From positions 64,001 to 128,000 of IMG/VR virus record IMGVR_UViG_3300031576_000005: a DNA stretch of 64,000 nucleotides; one strand, 5' to 3'. Position numbers and translations under genes: made by a program. Below are positions 50,590 through 59,726 of the stretch, piece after piece. The notes under the pieces are model-generated. The model did not search any database. It was given only the letters and a program-made list of their open reading frames with translations, and was not told the origin of the DNA. This DNA is from a virus. Position 1 is the first letter of the stretch; each line of letters opens with the position of its first letter.

Positions 50590-51807
50590 TCATTTATTAA
50601 ACCATTCTCCAAATATTCTTATTATATAATTTAAATCTTCTTTTGTTAAAAAAGAATGACATCCTATATAAAATCCTCGTTCAAGAATTTCCCACGACAT
50701 TGGAAAGTTAGTCCTAAAATTTATTTTAGTACCAAAATATTTTTCAGTTATGGGGGTATAAAGCGGCAAAATTTCTCTCGTCTCTATGCCATTCTTTTCT
50801 AAAAAATGTATTAATTCCCATTTTTCTCCATGCGGCGAACGAATTGGAAGCATCATATGCCTAGCCTCTTCTTCTCTGGAAAATTTAGGCAAAATTAATG
50901 GAAATTGGCTTAGTTCTTTGATTAAATATTCTGAATTTTCTTTCCTCTTTTGTAATTGTCCTAAAAAGTCATCTTCCAGCATTGATAATGCAAATGCCGA
51001 TTCGGTTTCCCCCAGTCTAAAATTCAGTCCCGGTTGGACGAATTTGAATCTCTTACTTGTTATATCTCTTAAAATAGCTCCTTCTACATCGTCATCGTCT
51101 ATACAGGTATATTCAGGGCTTCTACCATGATTAACGTAGCTCCTTGCATGGATTATCAAACGTTCGTCATTTGTTCCGATAAAACCACCGCACCCACCAG
51201 CAACAAGTAGATGGGAAATATATGTACTCCATGCGGTAAAATGAGCAAAGCTTTCTGGATACTGAGAATTGAACCTACTACAAATGTTCTCGCATGAATC
51301 CAAAATAAAGAAAATATCTTTATCGTATAAATCAATTATCTCTTTAATCCTTAGTCCATCAACCGGTCTCCCCATTAATGAAGATGGCATAACCGCGAAT
51401 ATATCTCTAGAATGCTCTTTTAATTTACTCTCTAAATCTGTATAACAAATATTATAATTTGCACCGACATCGACAAATAATGGTTCAAATCCGTTGGAAG
51501 TAATTACATTGCAGTCACTTATAAAAGTTGTTGCCGGTAAAACAATATATTTACGTTTGGCCGCTGCTTCTGGATACAAATTTTTTAAAACTCCAATAGA
51601 AGCGTAGAGCGCCGCCGTTCCGCTAGAACAGAAAACAGCATATTTCACCCCATTCATCTCAGCAAATAATTTCTCAAGTTTTTGGGAAATCGGACCATAT
51701 GTTAATCGTCTGGACTTAATAATCTGCTTTAGGTATTTATCAAGCCCCTTAGCTGGATACCAATCGCCGAATCCTATAGATTTAACAGGCTTTTTTACTT
51801 CACTCAT
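50590..51807 (-). CDS. DegT/DnrJ/EryC1/StrS PLP enzyme, ColD-type (His in place of the catalytic Lys)
   Basis: SSGTAAL, PATTF, DSCE, STYISHL, NHGR, GLNFR. Confidence 0.8.
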   Translation of the reverse strand: MSEVKKPVKSIGFGDWYPAKGLDKYLKQIIKSRRLTYGPISQKLEKLFAEMNGVKYAVFCSSGTAALYASIGVLKNLYPEAAAKRKYIVLPATTFISDCNVITSNGFEPLFVDVGANYNICYTDLESKLKEHSRDIFAVMPSSLMGRPVDGLRIKEIIDLYDKDIFFILDSCENICSRFNSQYPESFAHFTAWSTYISHLLVAGGCGGFIGTNDERLIIHARSYVNHGRSPEYTCIDDDDVEGAILRDITSKRFKFVQPGLNFRLGETESAFALSMLEDDFLGQLQKRKENSEYLIKELSQFPLILPKFSREEEARHMMLPIRSPHGEKWELIHFLEKNGIETREILPLYTPITEKYFGTKINFRTNFPMSWEILERGFYIGCHSFLTKEDLNYIIRIFGEWFNK

Positions 51808-52412
51808 AAATAATATTTTTCTTTCATTTTATTAAATATATGAAATGTCATGGTAGTATCTTCTATCGCTCCGTGAATTCCACTATCTCGTAAATTTTCA
51901 ACATTATAAGTTTTAACTAAAAAATTCAAATTAAACTTTATGCCCCGCGCCATAATATTCTTTATCCTAGTAGAATATTTAAAATACATTTCCTCTTGAT
52001 TATAAAGATTCCCCAAGGCTAGTCCCTTATGCAAGGTTCCAACATCAAGCCAATTTTCTATCTTTGGTCGAGGCAAGCCATATCGATTACATTCTTTTTC
52101 TAGCAGAGGAAAATCATACGCGACATTATTGAGACCGGCAACTATATCATCTCCCAGAAAATTAATTACTTGTTCGCACGCCAGCTTTGGGTCTATTCCT
52201 TCCTTCTCGCACATTTCTGTGGTGATTCCGTTAATTTCGCTAGCCCCATATGGAACTTCCATTTTTTGATTTACCAAAGTCCTATAACTATCTACAATTT
52301 TATTGTCTCGAATTCTTAAACAACCATGTTCGACAATTCTAGCCTCGGTCAAATCAAGCCCCGTCGTCTCGCTATCATACAGGGTGTATGAGGTTACTTC
52401 TTTAATTTTCAT
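51804..52412 (-). CDS. DEDDh 3'-5' exonuclease (DnaQ/epsilon-like)
   Basis: DSETTGL, NN..YD, HGAIED. Confidence 0.88.
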   Translation of the reverse strand: MKIKEVTSYTLYDSETTGLDLTEARIVEHGCLRIRDNKIVDSYRTLVNQKMEVPYGASEINGITTEMCEKEGIDPKLACEQVINFLGDDIVAGLNNVAYDFPLLEKECNRYGLPRPKIENWLDVGTLHKGLALGNLYNQEEMYFKYSTRIKNIMARGIKFNLNFLVKTYNVENLRDSGIHGAIEDTTMTFHIFNKMKEKYYL

Positions 52413-52603
52413 GATTTTTCCTTAGCTTTATATAAATTACATTCCCAACAAATGGGTTGATTTAAAAAAATTCCCTTGGCCTCACACCAAAATTCCGTCA
52501 TCTTTTGGCTCCTTCCACAGCAAATTGGAATATCTTTTGTGACCTGTTCAACGCTTCTAAATATACAGGTCGAATGTTTTCTATTTTGTTCTTCTATATC
52601 CAT
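52409..52603 (-). CDS. Small Cys-rich hypothetical protein
   Basis: Six Cys residues in 64 aa. Confidence 0.5.
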   Translation of the reverse strand: MDIEEQNRKHSTCIFRSVEQVTKDIPICCGRSQKMTEFWCEAKGIFLNQPICWECNLYKAKEKS

Positions 52604-52610
52604 AATGCTC

Positions 52611-52958
52611 CTATGTTGAAACTAAAATATCATCGAGGCTAAATAAAGTTCTTGGAATCAATATTTCAGTGCCTTTTCTTAGAGTTTTTTCTATTACTTT
52701 ATATTTTTTCTGAGATAGACTTAAAATAATATCACCCACTTTAACATCTTTTATAGAAATATTCAATGCTTTTTTATCTTTTTGCCCAATAAATAAATGA
52801 TATCGCTTAGATAAAGAGATTTTTTTATCGTTATTTAGACAAATCTCATATATGTCGCTATCTTTACCAACCGAAATTACCATCCTATCAACTTCAGCGT
52901 TTATAAGGCCACCAAGTACATAATTATGCTGATTAAGTATGAATATATTATTGTTCAT
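52611..52958 (-). CDS. Stand-alone degenerate Hint-like domain protein
   Basis: IYEI.LNNDKKISLS..YHLF, IKDVKVGDII, C-terminal FSLDDILVST. Confidence 0.45.
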   Translation of the reverse strand: MNNNIFILNQHNYVLGGLINAEVDRMVISVGKDSDIYEICLNNDKKISLSKRYHLFIGQKDKKALNISIKDVKVGDIILSLSQKKYKVIEKTLRKGTEILIPRTLFSLDDILVST

Positions 52959-53224
52959 TGATTGTTATCTAGACAAACCGTTATTCCAAGGCTTCTAACA
53001 GTATAATAAACTTTATTTTTCCCCTTCGTAACTATTAATTTAGAGCCTGTATCTTGTGCTAAATCTAATAATTCGGCATAAATTTTTTCATTTCTTGCCC
53101 TAAGTTTATACAATCCTTTATCTGATTGTTTAAGTTGGGCGGAGGTTTGCATGAAAACAGGGGGTATTTCAAATAGGTCTAACTTTGTTGTCTTCCAATT
53201 TCTGGTAATTTTTTTAGAGTACAT
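52955..53224 (-). CDS. Hypothetical protein
   Basis: Coupled ORF downstream of recA. Confidence 0.5.
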   Translation of the reverse strand: MYSKKITRNWKTTKLDLFEIPPVFMQTSAQLKQSDKGLYKLRARNEKIYAELLDLAQDTGSKLIVTKGKNKVYYTVRSLGITVCLDNNQ

Positions 53225-53225
53225 A

Positions 53226-54308
53226 TTAAATTCCTACCATTTTTTTTATTTCTTTTTCTAATCTTTCGGCAATATCCTTGTTAGATTTAAGATACTCTAT
53301 TAGCTTATTATAGCCCTGTGCTATATTTTTATCATCAAGAGCATACCAAGCGCCTTTTTTCTGAATTAAACCATAACCATCGGCTAATGTTGCTATTTCT
53401 CTTTCGTGGTCAATACCATGGTCATAAATGAACGGAACGGACGCTTTACTATGAACATTTCCCGAATTACTTACTTTTTCAAGCTTCATACTCATTATAT
53501 GTCCAATTACTTTTGAATGATTGTCGCTTGGATTTTCTCGAATATATAAATCTGTCCAAAGTTTTTCTAAACCAAGTCTAAGATTACTATAATGGTCAAT
53601 GGCGTGTCCTCCAGCTTTTTGTTTTCCAACTCCACTTACATGGCTCATGCCACCCTGATTAATTTTATCACGTACTTGATGAGTAAAAGCAACAATATGG
53701 CCATAGTGATTGGCATATGCTGATGCTTCTTTTAAAAATCTTGTTAATAATGTTGCAGTAGATGCTGTTTTTTCGGCATCAGAAAATGTTTTATTATCAT
53801 TAACCTCGCTTTGAATTCCATCAATTGAATCTATAATATGAAAAAATTTTACCTTGTCTTGTTTTAATGTTTTTAAAATCCCGTTAAATAATTTTTCTCC
53901 ACTTTTTGGTCTACTCATACGAAAGATTGGAGCTGGAATAATTTTACCTTTTTCATCTTGAGTCAAATCCTCTTCGCTTTCTGTAACCATTTTTAAATTT
54001 GGAGCCATTTTTTCTAACTTTCGATTAATTCTTCCTTCGGTTGCATGTAAATAAACCCTAACAAATTTATAATTATAGAATTTTTGAAATTCACCGCCCA
54101 TTATTAGAAGCAATGTAGTTTTCCCAATTCCATCTGGCCCCCAAAGTTGAACAACTCCACTACCTATTCCGCCGGTTAAAATATCTAACCCCAACGAACC
54201 AGTTGATATAGTTTTATTTTCTATTGGGTCCGTCCCATCAATAACATACATTCCCTCACTATCGAATTCTAACTCTTTAATTTCTAGATTTTCTTTTGAT
54301 TTTGCCAT
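53226..54308 (-). CDS. recA: RecA/UvsX-like recombinase
   Basis: ISTGSLGLDI..GG, GPDGIGKTT, IIDSI, HQVR, AGGHAI, KKGAWY. Confidence 0.9.
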   Translation of the reverse strand: MAKSKENLEIKELEFDSEGMYVIDGTDPIENKTISTGSLGLDILTGGIGSGVVQLWGPDGIGKTTLLLIMGGEFQKFYNYKFVRVYLHATEGRINRKLEKMAPNLKMVTESEEDLTQDEKGKIIPAPIFRMSRPKSGEKLFNGILKTLKQDKVKFFHIIDSIDGIQSEVNDNKTFSDAEKTASTATLLTRFLKEASAYANHYGHIVAFTHQVRDKINQGGMSHVSGVGKQKAGGHAIDHYSNLRLGLEKLWTDLYIRENPSDNHSKVIGHIMSMKLEKVSNSGNVHSKASVPFIYDHGIDHEREIATLADGYGLIQKKGAWYALDDKNIAQGYNKLIEYLKSNKDIAERLEKEIKKMVGI

Positions 54309-54317
54309 ATATTTGAA

Positions 54318-54620
54318 TTATTTTGGGTTTATAAAAATTGCTGTAACATTTGCTTTGATAGCTTCCTCTAATAAAATTACTTCGTTTATATTTATATAAT
54401 TAGTAAAACAAATTATTGTAATTAACTCCTCCTCTTTACCAATATTTCCAAGTAATTTAAAAGGAATATTTAATAATTTTATCATCTTATTAAATTCGTC
54501 GCTATAACTTTCTTTCGGTATGTATAAAATTAAATCTTCGGGGTCTGTAAATTTCGATATGGCATCAGTATATTGCTCAGCGGTAGCGCGACCAATAATT
54601 CCTACATTGTTCTTGTTCAT
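54318..54620 (-). CDS. Hypothetical protein
   Basis: Probable ATGA-coupled start at 54620. Confidence 0.5.
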   Translation of the reverse strand: MNKNNVGIIGRATAEQYTDAISKFTDPEDLILYIPKESYSDEFNKMIKLLNIPFKLLGNIGKEEELITIICFTNYININEVILLEEAIKANVTAIFINPK

Positions 54621-55177
54621 TTTTTTACTAGTGGAAGCACTTTTTCTACAATTTGCTCTTCTAATTCTTGTAAATTGCTGGCTACGATACATACATCAGC
54701 ACGGGCTTTTATAATGGGATAGTTTTTGGCTTCGGATTCATTCGCGGGTTGGACTAGGGAACCGTCGGGGAGAATACGGTCAATATTTATTAAAATTCCC
54801 TCTAATTCATTCTGAATATAATCGGCTTCGTCGTTCCCATTATTAATAGCAAACCTTACATCGGTGATAACTGGAATGTACTTTGCATCTATGGCTTCCT
54901 TTACCCGTGGTGTTATTTTATCAATCCAAATTCTATGATTTTGATTTCTAGCGGCATTTCCAAATGCCACTAAGATAGGTCGAATAATTTCTTTTTCTTT
55001 GGGATTATTAGTAGTTGCTTCGATATTTAAATATTGTTTAGTCAATGGGCTTACTGCTTGTTTGAGAGAATCTGCAAAAGCCATTCTTTTAACAGAAAGA
55101 TATTTTGTTAATATATTAAAAAAACTGTCTTTGCCTACTAAAGCTATGCAACCCAGTCCAATAACTTTATTTTTCAT
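54617..55177 (-). CDS. Deoxynucleoside monophosphate kinase-like protein
   Basis: G..LVGKD, AFADSLK, RPILVAFG, ITDVRF. Confidence 0.75.
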   Translation of the reverse strand: MKNKVIGLGCIALVGKDSFFNILTKYLSVKRMAFADSLKQAVSPLTKQYLNIEATTNNPKEKEIIRPILVAFGNAARNQNHRIWIDKITPRVKEAIDAKYIPVITDVRFAINNGNDEADYIQNELEGILINIDRILPDGSLVQPANESEAKNYPIIKARADVCIVASNLQELEEQIVEKVLPLVKK

Positions 55178-55185
55178 ATAAAAAT

Positions 55186-55722
55186 TTATCTTAAATCTTC
55201 GGTAAAAAGTTTCCATCGATTAGAATCTAATTCTACTTTGCCAGAATCTATATCTTTTATCATTCCAACAAGTTTATCCCACGTCCGATATACATAAGAA
55301 GCTTTTAACATACCTAAAACCCAATAACATGGTTTGTCAGAGTCCCATAAAACAAAACAGGGGGCTTTTCGCCTGTTCATTGTAGTTAGTTCTTCAATTG
55401 TTCCGACTGTATAAATTTCTGGATTTAGATAAAAAATGCCGAATGTTGCTCTATCACATACGGCTAGGTCGCTATTTCTAACCCTATGCATTTTTTCGGC
55501 TATTAAATCTAATTTTCCCTCTTTTGCCCAATTATCCATTTGTATTTGGTCTTCTTTTCCTTCTAAATATTTTGGGTCGAGAAAAGGTTTGCATAAAGGG
55601 TTGAAAATTTTAATTCCGAGAGGATGAAGTTCTTGTGTCACCATATCCCTCCAACTTTCGCTATCTTTTGTAAATTGGATTGGTCCAGCCAAATAAACCG
55701 ATGTCTTATTTAATATTCCCAT
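55186..55722 (-). CDS. Nucleoside 2-deoxyribosyltransferase/nucleotide N-hydrolase-like protein
   Basis: VYLAGPI, WR, FNP, DL...D, GTIEEL. Confidence 0.72.
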   Translation of the reverse strand: MGILNKTSVYLAGPIQFTKDSESWRDMVTQELHPLGIKIFNPLCKPFLDPKYLEGKEDQIQMDNWAKEGKLDLIAEKMHRVRNSDLAVCDRATFGIFYLNPEIYTVGTIEELTTMNRRKAPCFVLWDSDKPCYWVLGMLKASYVYRTWDKLVGMIKDIDSGKVELDSNRWKLFTEDLR

Positions 55723-55736
55723 ATTTGTTTTTATTT

Positions 55737-56480
55737 ATTATTTTTTTGAAAATTGGTAATTACTTCACACATTATGATAAAATCTCCCTGTTTATAGTCT
55801 TATTTCATATAATTCGCGTCTCTGTGAACCCATTGAACATTGTCGGCTAAATACCCCTTAGAAGAATCTATTCTATCTAAAGAGGCGGTTTGTTTTTCGG
55901 AATAACAAGAAAAATTGATATCAAGACCAGATAAAGCGCATTTTCTTTTCTGTTGTATATATAGATTCCATAAAAATTCATTAGTAATATTAAATTCTCG
56001 CCCTCTCTTTAAAGCACTAGATTTTATGGTAGTTATATATGTTTGGCCAATTTCTCCACATCCTTTCCAATTTGTGGGGCGTTTCCCGTTTTTCTTTAAT
56101 TCTCTCATGTATTTCGATAATCTTCCGGTGGCTAGGGAATTTCTAAAACATCCACAACTGACAATTTTACCCATTTTCAAATCATTAGACCTAGCAAAAT
56201 GAGTTTTACCACATTCACAAACACATTTCCACATAGTTTTTCTATTAGAAATATCGTCGTTAGCAAGTTGCACAACTTTTAACATTCCAAAGACTTGCCC
56301 CAATAAATTTTTCCTCGCATGCCTTATTTCTATTTCATTTTGTAATAGAATTTTCCTAACGGTTTTTATGTTTATTTTTACTTTTTTTGCAATATTTCTA
56401 ATTGTCTGGCCGTTTTGATAAGAAGATATAACGATTGGAATAATTTTAGAAATTTTATCAGAAAACCAGGTTCTTTTCAT
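55737..56480 (-). pseudogene. HTH plus HNH-type endonuclease with a premature TAA
   Basis: WKCVCECG, SCGC, ASLDRIDSSKGY. Similarity to the 33995 paralogue continues past the TAA at 55800-55802 (MK*DYKQGDFIIMC versus MKQAFQEDEFLNWC). Confidence 0.65.
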
Positions 56481-56481
56481 A

Positions 56482-56874
56482 TTATTTTTCCATTTCTAGC
56501 AAATATCTATTTAATTCTTCTGCGGTCTGAACTTCTATAAATTGAAAACTATTGGTTTCGGCGAATTTTTTCTTTTTTTCATCTCTAGCTTTACTTGCGA
56601 CAAAGTTAAATATATTTTTATTATGAAAATGTTTGTTAAATTTGTAATGTTGCCCGCCGTTACATTCTACCACTATTTTCTTAGAAAAATTAACAAAATC
56701 AAAATGCATTTTAGATGATGGCACGTTCTGTTCTTCTGCTACTATATCATTTCCCCAGAAATTTGCAAGCACAGATTTACAATCTTTTTGGAGCTTAGAT
56801 AGAGACTTACCATTCCAATCAATGCCTTTCGGCTTCCAAAAATAAGTCTTACCGTTAAATCCTATCACTTTCAT
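56482..56874 (-). CDS. Vsr/DUF559-like endonuclease
   Basis: HFDF, VECNGGQHY, RDEKKK. Confidence 0.7.
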   Translation of the reverse strand: MKVIGFNGKTYFWKPKGIDWNGKSLSKLQKDCKSVLANFWGNDIVAEEQNVPSSKMHFDFVNFSKKIVVECNGGQHYKFNKHFHNKNIFNFVASKARDEKKKKFAETNSFQFIEVQTAEELNRYLLEMEK

Positions 56875-56987
56875 TCTTTTTATTCTTTTTGTTTTTTCTA
56901 CGATATTCTTCTTGTTCTTCTATGCAGAACTTACAATCTATATCACACTCCCCCTTAACATGCAAGCTATAATCGTCGTCTTCTATA

Positions 56988-57440
56988 TTAAGATTCTTTA
57001 TGTTCATCGTCGCGCTTTAGAAAATCCATAACTGTTTGCCTCGGAGGGGAAAAAATTTTATTGGGTCTGAAATCTTTACCATAAAATATTTCGTCTAATG
57101 GCTTTTCCTTCATTTCCAGGAGTGGTAGAATATCTCTAATTAGTTTACATTTTTCCCATAGTAATATGGCGAAACTATTATATTTTCTACCCTGCGTCTT
57201 GTAATATATCCAAGCTCCATATATTTGTTCTTGCGTATATCCTAATTCCATTATCTTTCTTATGATAAATGATTCTTTTTTAAAAAGTTGATTATTATTT
57301 TTTTCGTCAATTAAGGATATTAATCCAGAAAATTTTGTTCTAAACTTTATTATTACTTTTTCAGGTTCGTCGAATTTCAACGTCAATTGATTGGGATTGT
57401 TTTGTATCTTTGTATTTCTTCCCTTTGCGTTTTTTTGCAT
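56988..57440 (-). CDS. Hypothetical protein, start uncertain
   Basis: Overlaps the upstream gene by 80 nt. Confidence 0.45.
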   Translation of the reverse strand: MQKNAKGRNTKIQNNPNQLTLKFDEPEKVIIKFRTKFSGLISLIDEKNNNQLFKKESFIIRKIMELGYTQEQIYGAWIYYKTQGRKYNSFAILLWEKCKLIRDILPLLEMKEKPLDEIFYGKDFRPNKIFSPPRQTVMDFLKRDDEHKES

Positions 57441-57747
57441 AATCTTCTAATGCTTTTTTCTTGATTGGGTCTTCTTTGCCTAAAATTTGTTCGCGTTGTT
57501 GAGAGGCTTCCGCCGCCATATCCCACAGCGAACCTATAGTGCCACCTTTCATTTGTCCAGTTTTCTTAGTCATCGCATCTAAATCAAATGGGCTAATTTT
57601 AGCGTCGATTGACATAGTTGGAACCGTCCAAACTCTTTTGCCTCGGCCTTGACAGTTTGGGCATGGAGAGGTTTTATCGGCGTCCATATGGAAATACATA
57701 TCCCATTGGTTACAGCAGTCTTGACATTCTAAGCTATATACTGGCAT
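57361..57747 (-). CDS. FmdB-type zinc-ribbon protein
   Basis: MPVYSLECQDC...CPNC. Confidence 0.72.
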   Translation of the reverse strand: MPVYSLECQDCCNQWDMYFHMDADKTSPCPNCQGRGKRVWTVPTMSIDAKISPFDLDAMTKKTGQMKGGTIGSLWDMAAEASQQREQILGKEDPIKKKALEDYAKKRKGKKYKDTKQSQSIDVEIRRT

Positions 57748-57748
57748 A

Positions 57749-58234
57749 CTATTTATTGAGGTTCAATAGAAAGTTATTAATTTCTTCCCCGCCTCGAACC
57801 ATAACTAAATCCGGTGGACATTCTTGAAAAATCTTTTCTTCTGGAATAATCCACGCGGTTGTCGCATGTTTATCGCCAACCATCCTCGTATAACCACACC
57901 CACAGTTTAATAAATATCTTTTTAATTTCTCCATTTTCCAAAGTAAATATCTCTCGGTTCTAAAATGAATCCAAATATTAGCTTTCGTTCTAAGAACGCC
58001 GGTGCTTTTTGCCCCCGGCCCCAAATATTCAAAAGCTAAGTTTTTACTTGGATATAAGTCAACTTTTACTTCCATTCTTATTTCTTTTTGTTTTTTAAAC
58101 TTAGGAATGACAAGGTCGAAGAAATCTTGTTCAGATTCTTCCACTTTTTTTGCATGAGGAAATGATTTTTGAAGCGTGGCCAATATTTCATTTTCATAAA
58201 CTTCGCTAATTTCTAAATCTTCTTTAAAGCTCAT
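57749..58234 (-). CDS. PD-(D/E)XK-like nuclease
   Basis: FFDL..MEVKVD..NLAFE..TKA..W. Confidence 0.6.
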   Translation of the reverse strand: MSFKEDLEISEVYENEILATLQKSFPHAKKVEESEQDFFDLVIPKFKKQKEIRMEVKVDLYPSKNLAFEYLGPGAKSTGVLRTKANIWIHFRTERYLLWKMEKLKRYLLNCGCGYTRMVGDKHATTAWIIPEEKIFQECPPDLVMVRGGEEINNFLLNLNK

Positions 58235-58235
58235 A

Positions 58236-59342
58236 TTATTTATATTTATTCCAAATATCGATTATATTGTTTGCTGTATTTTCCCAAGTGTATTTCTTAG
58301 CGGTTTCGATACCATTAGTATTTACACTTCGGCCACGTTTGTAAGTTTCAATTAATGCAATTGCAATAGCGTTTCCATTAATATTTGACCATTGTCCCGT
58401 ATTAGTAATTCCATCATTTCTAAAAAATGTGTTGTCTTGGGCTACGACAGTTCCTTCACTTTTTACTTCAATGCTATTGCTAGAACTTGCATAATCTCTA
58501 TGTGCGTGGTCAAAATTTGTAATAACATTAATCCCGCAACTCATTGCCTGCAACAAAGGCAAATTAAAACTTTCTCCTCTCGATGGAGCGACCAAACAAT
58601 CGGCGTGAGACAAGAAGTCTGCATAATGCGATTCGGTAGGAAGCCAGTCAATAAATTCTACATTATTTACTTTTTGCCCACGGAATATTTGCTGGGTTAT
58701 TAGTTCGTGAACACTTCGCATATCTACAAACTTATTAGTAATACAACACCGCAGCTTTACGTCTGGATTATTTCCAAAAACATTAAGAAATGCTTGTAGA
58801 ATTTCTATATGTAATTTTCTGACCTCGAATTTTCCAGCCATAATGAAAATAAATGGTCCGGATTTTTTCTTATATTTTTCTAGCGGATAAAATATATTTC
58901 TATCTACCCCCAATGGAACAACATGCACTGGTGGCTTTACCCCATTTGATTGGAAGACTTCCTTATTATAATTACATGGCACTATAATAGATTCTTGTTG
59001 GTTGAGACAGTTAGTTTCAATTTTCGTTAATCTATCTACTTCGTGAAAAGTATAAAGCACCTGTTTTTTACTTATTCTTTCCATCGACGCAAAATGATGC
59101 CATAGCCTTACAGAAGTATTATTTATATCGTGAGAGGCTAATCCAGAAAGAGTCGCCTTCTGGATTTTCTCTTTTAATTCATTAGAACATGGCTCAAATC
59201 CATTAACATCCACGCCACCCCCAATGGGGAATAGACTATATTCTTCTTTGATATTCCGAAGAATATGAAAGGCCGACGCCCCAAGGGATGTGGAATTTAT
59301 AGGGAAGTTTAATGGAATCATATCAGAATGGAATCTCGACAT
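58236..59342 (-). CDS. GT4-family glycosyltransferase
   Basis: VPLGVD..FYP, GKFEVRK, SRGESFNLPLLQAM..G, YTWENTA. Confidence 0.88.
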   Translation of the reverse strand: MSRFHSDMIPLNFPINSTSLGASAFHILRNIKEEYSLFPIGGGVDVNGFEPCSNELKEKIQKATLSGLASHDINNTSVRLWHHFASMERISKKQVLYTFHEVDRLTKIETNCLNQQESIIVPCNYNKEVFQSNGVKPPVHVVPLGVDRNIFYPLEKYKKKSGPFIFIMAGKFEVRKLHIEILQAFLNVFGNNPDVKLRCCITNKFVDMRSVHELITQQIFRGQKVNNVEFIDWLPTESHYADFLSHADCLVAPSRGESFNLPLLQAMSCGINVITNFDHAHRDYASSSNSIEVKSEGTVVAQDNTFFRNDGITNTGQWSNINGNAIAIALIETYKRGRSVNTNGIETAKKYTWENTANNIIDIWNKYK

Positions 59343-59724
59343 CTTCTTCTTCGGAATGAGCTGGCGTTGCTTTTACAGCCACGTCTTTAACAGCATCACC
59401 TTCTGCTACTACTTTCGGGGAATAAATGTCAAACCTATTTACAACTAGTTCAATCGTAGTAATAGTCTTCCCATCTTTTTCATAACTATTAGGGGTTAAT
59501 TGTCCTTGAACGCCAACGTTTGTTCCCTTCTTAAGTCCTGTTAGTAATCCCCATACTTTTTCACTATGCTGCTTTGAGAAGCATACACAATTTAAGAATA
59601 GAGACTTCTTATTCTCTCCCCACCCCGTATTAAGTGCTAAGGTAAATTTAGCCACCGTATTTTTAAAAACCTGGACATCTTTTGTTAAGTTGCCAGCCAA
59701 TGCTACTATTTGATAATTAACCAT
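59323..59724 (-). CDS. ssb: Single-stranded DNA-binding protein
   Basis: LAGNLTKD, FTLALN, LKKG..V.VQGQL, acidic tail EEEDVEIPF. Confidence 0.9.
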   Translation of the reverse strand: MVNYQIVALAGNLTKDVQVFKNTVAKFTLALNTGWGENKKSLFLNCVCFSKQHSEKVWGLLTGLKKGTNVGVQGQLTPNSYEKDGKTITTIELVVNRFDIYSPKVVAEGDAVKDVAVKATPAHSEEEDVEIPF

Positions 59725-59726
59725 TT

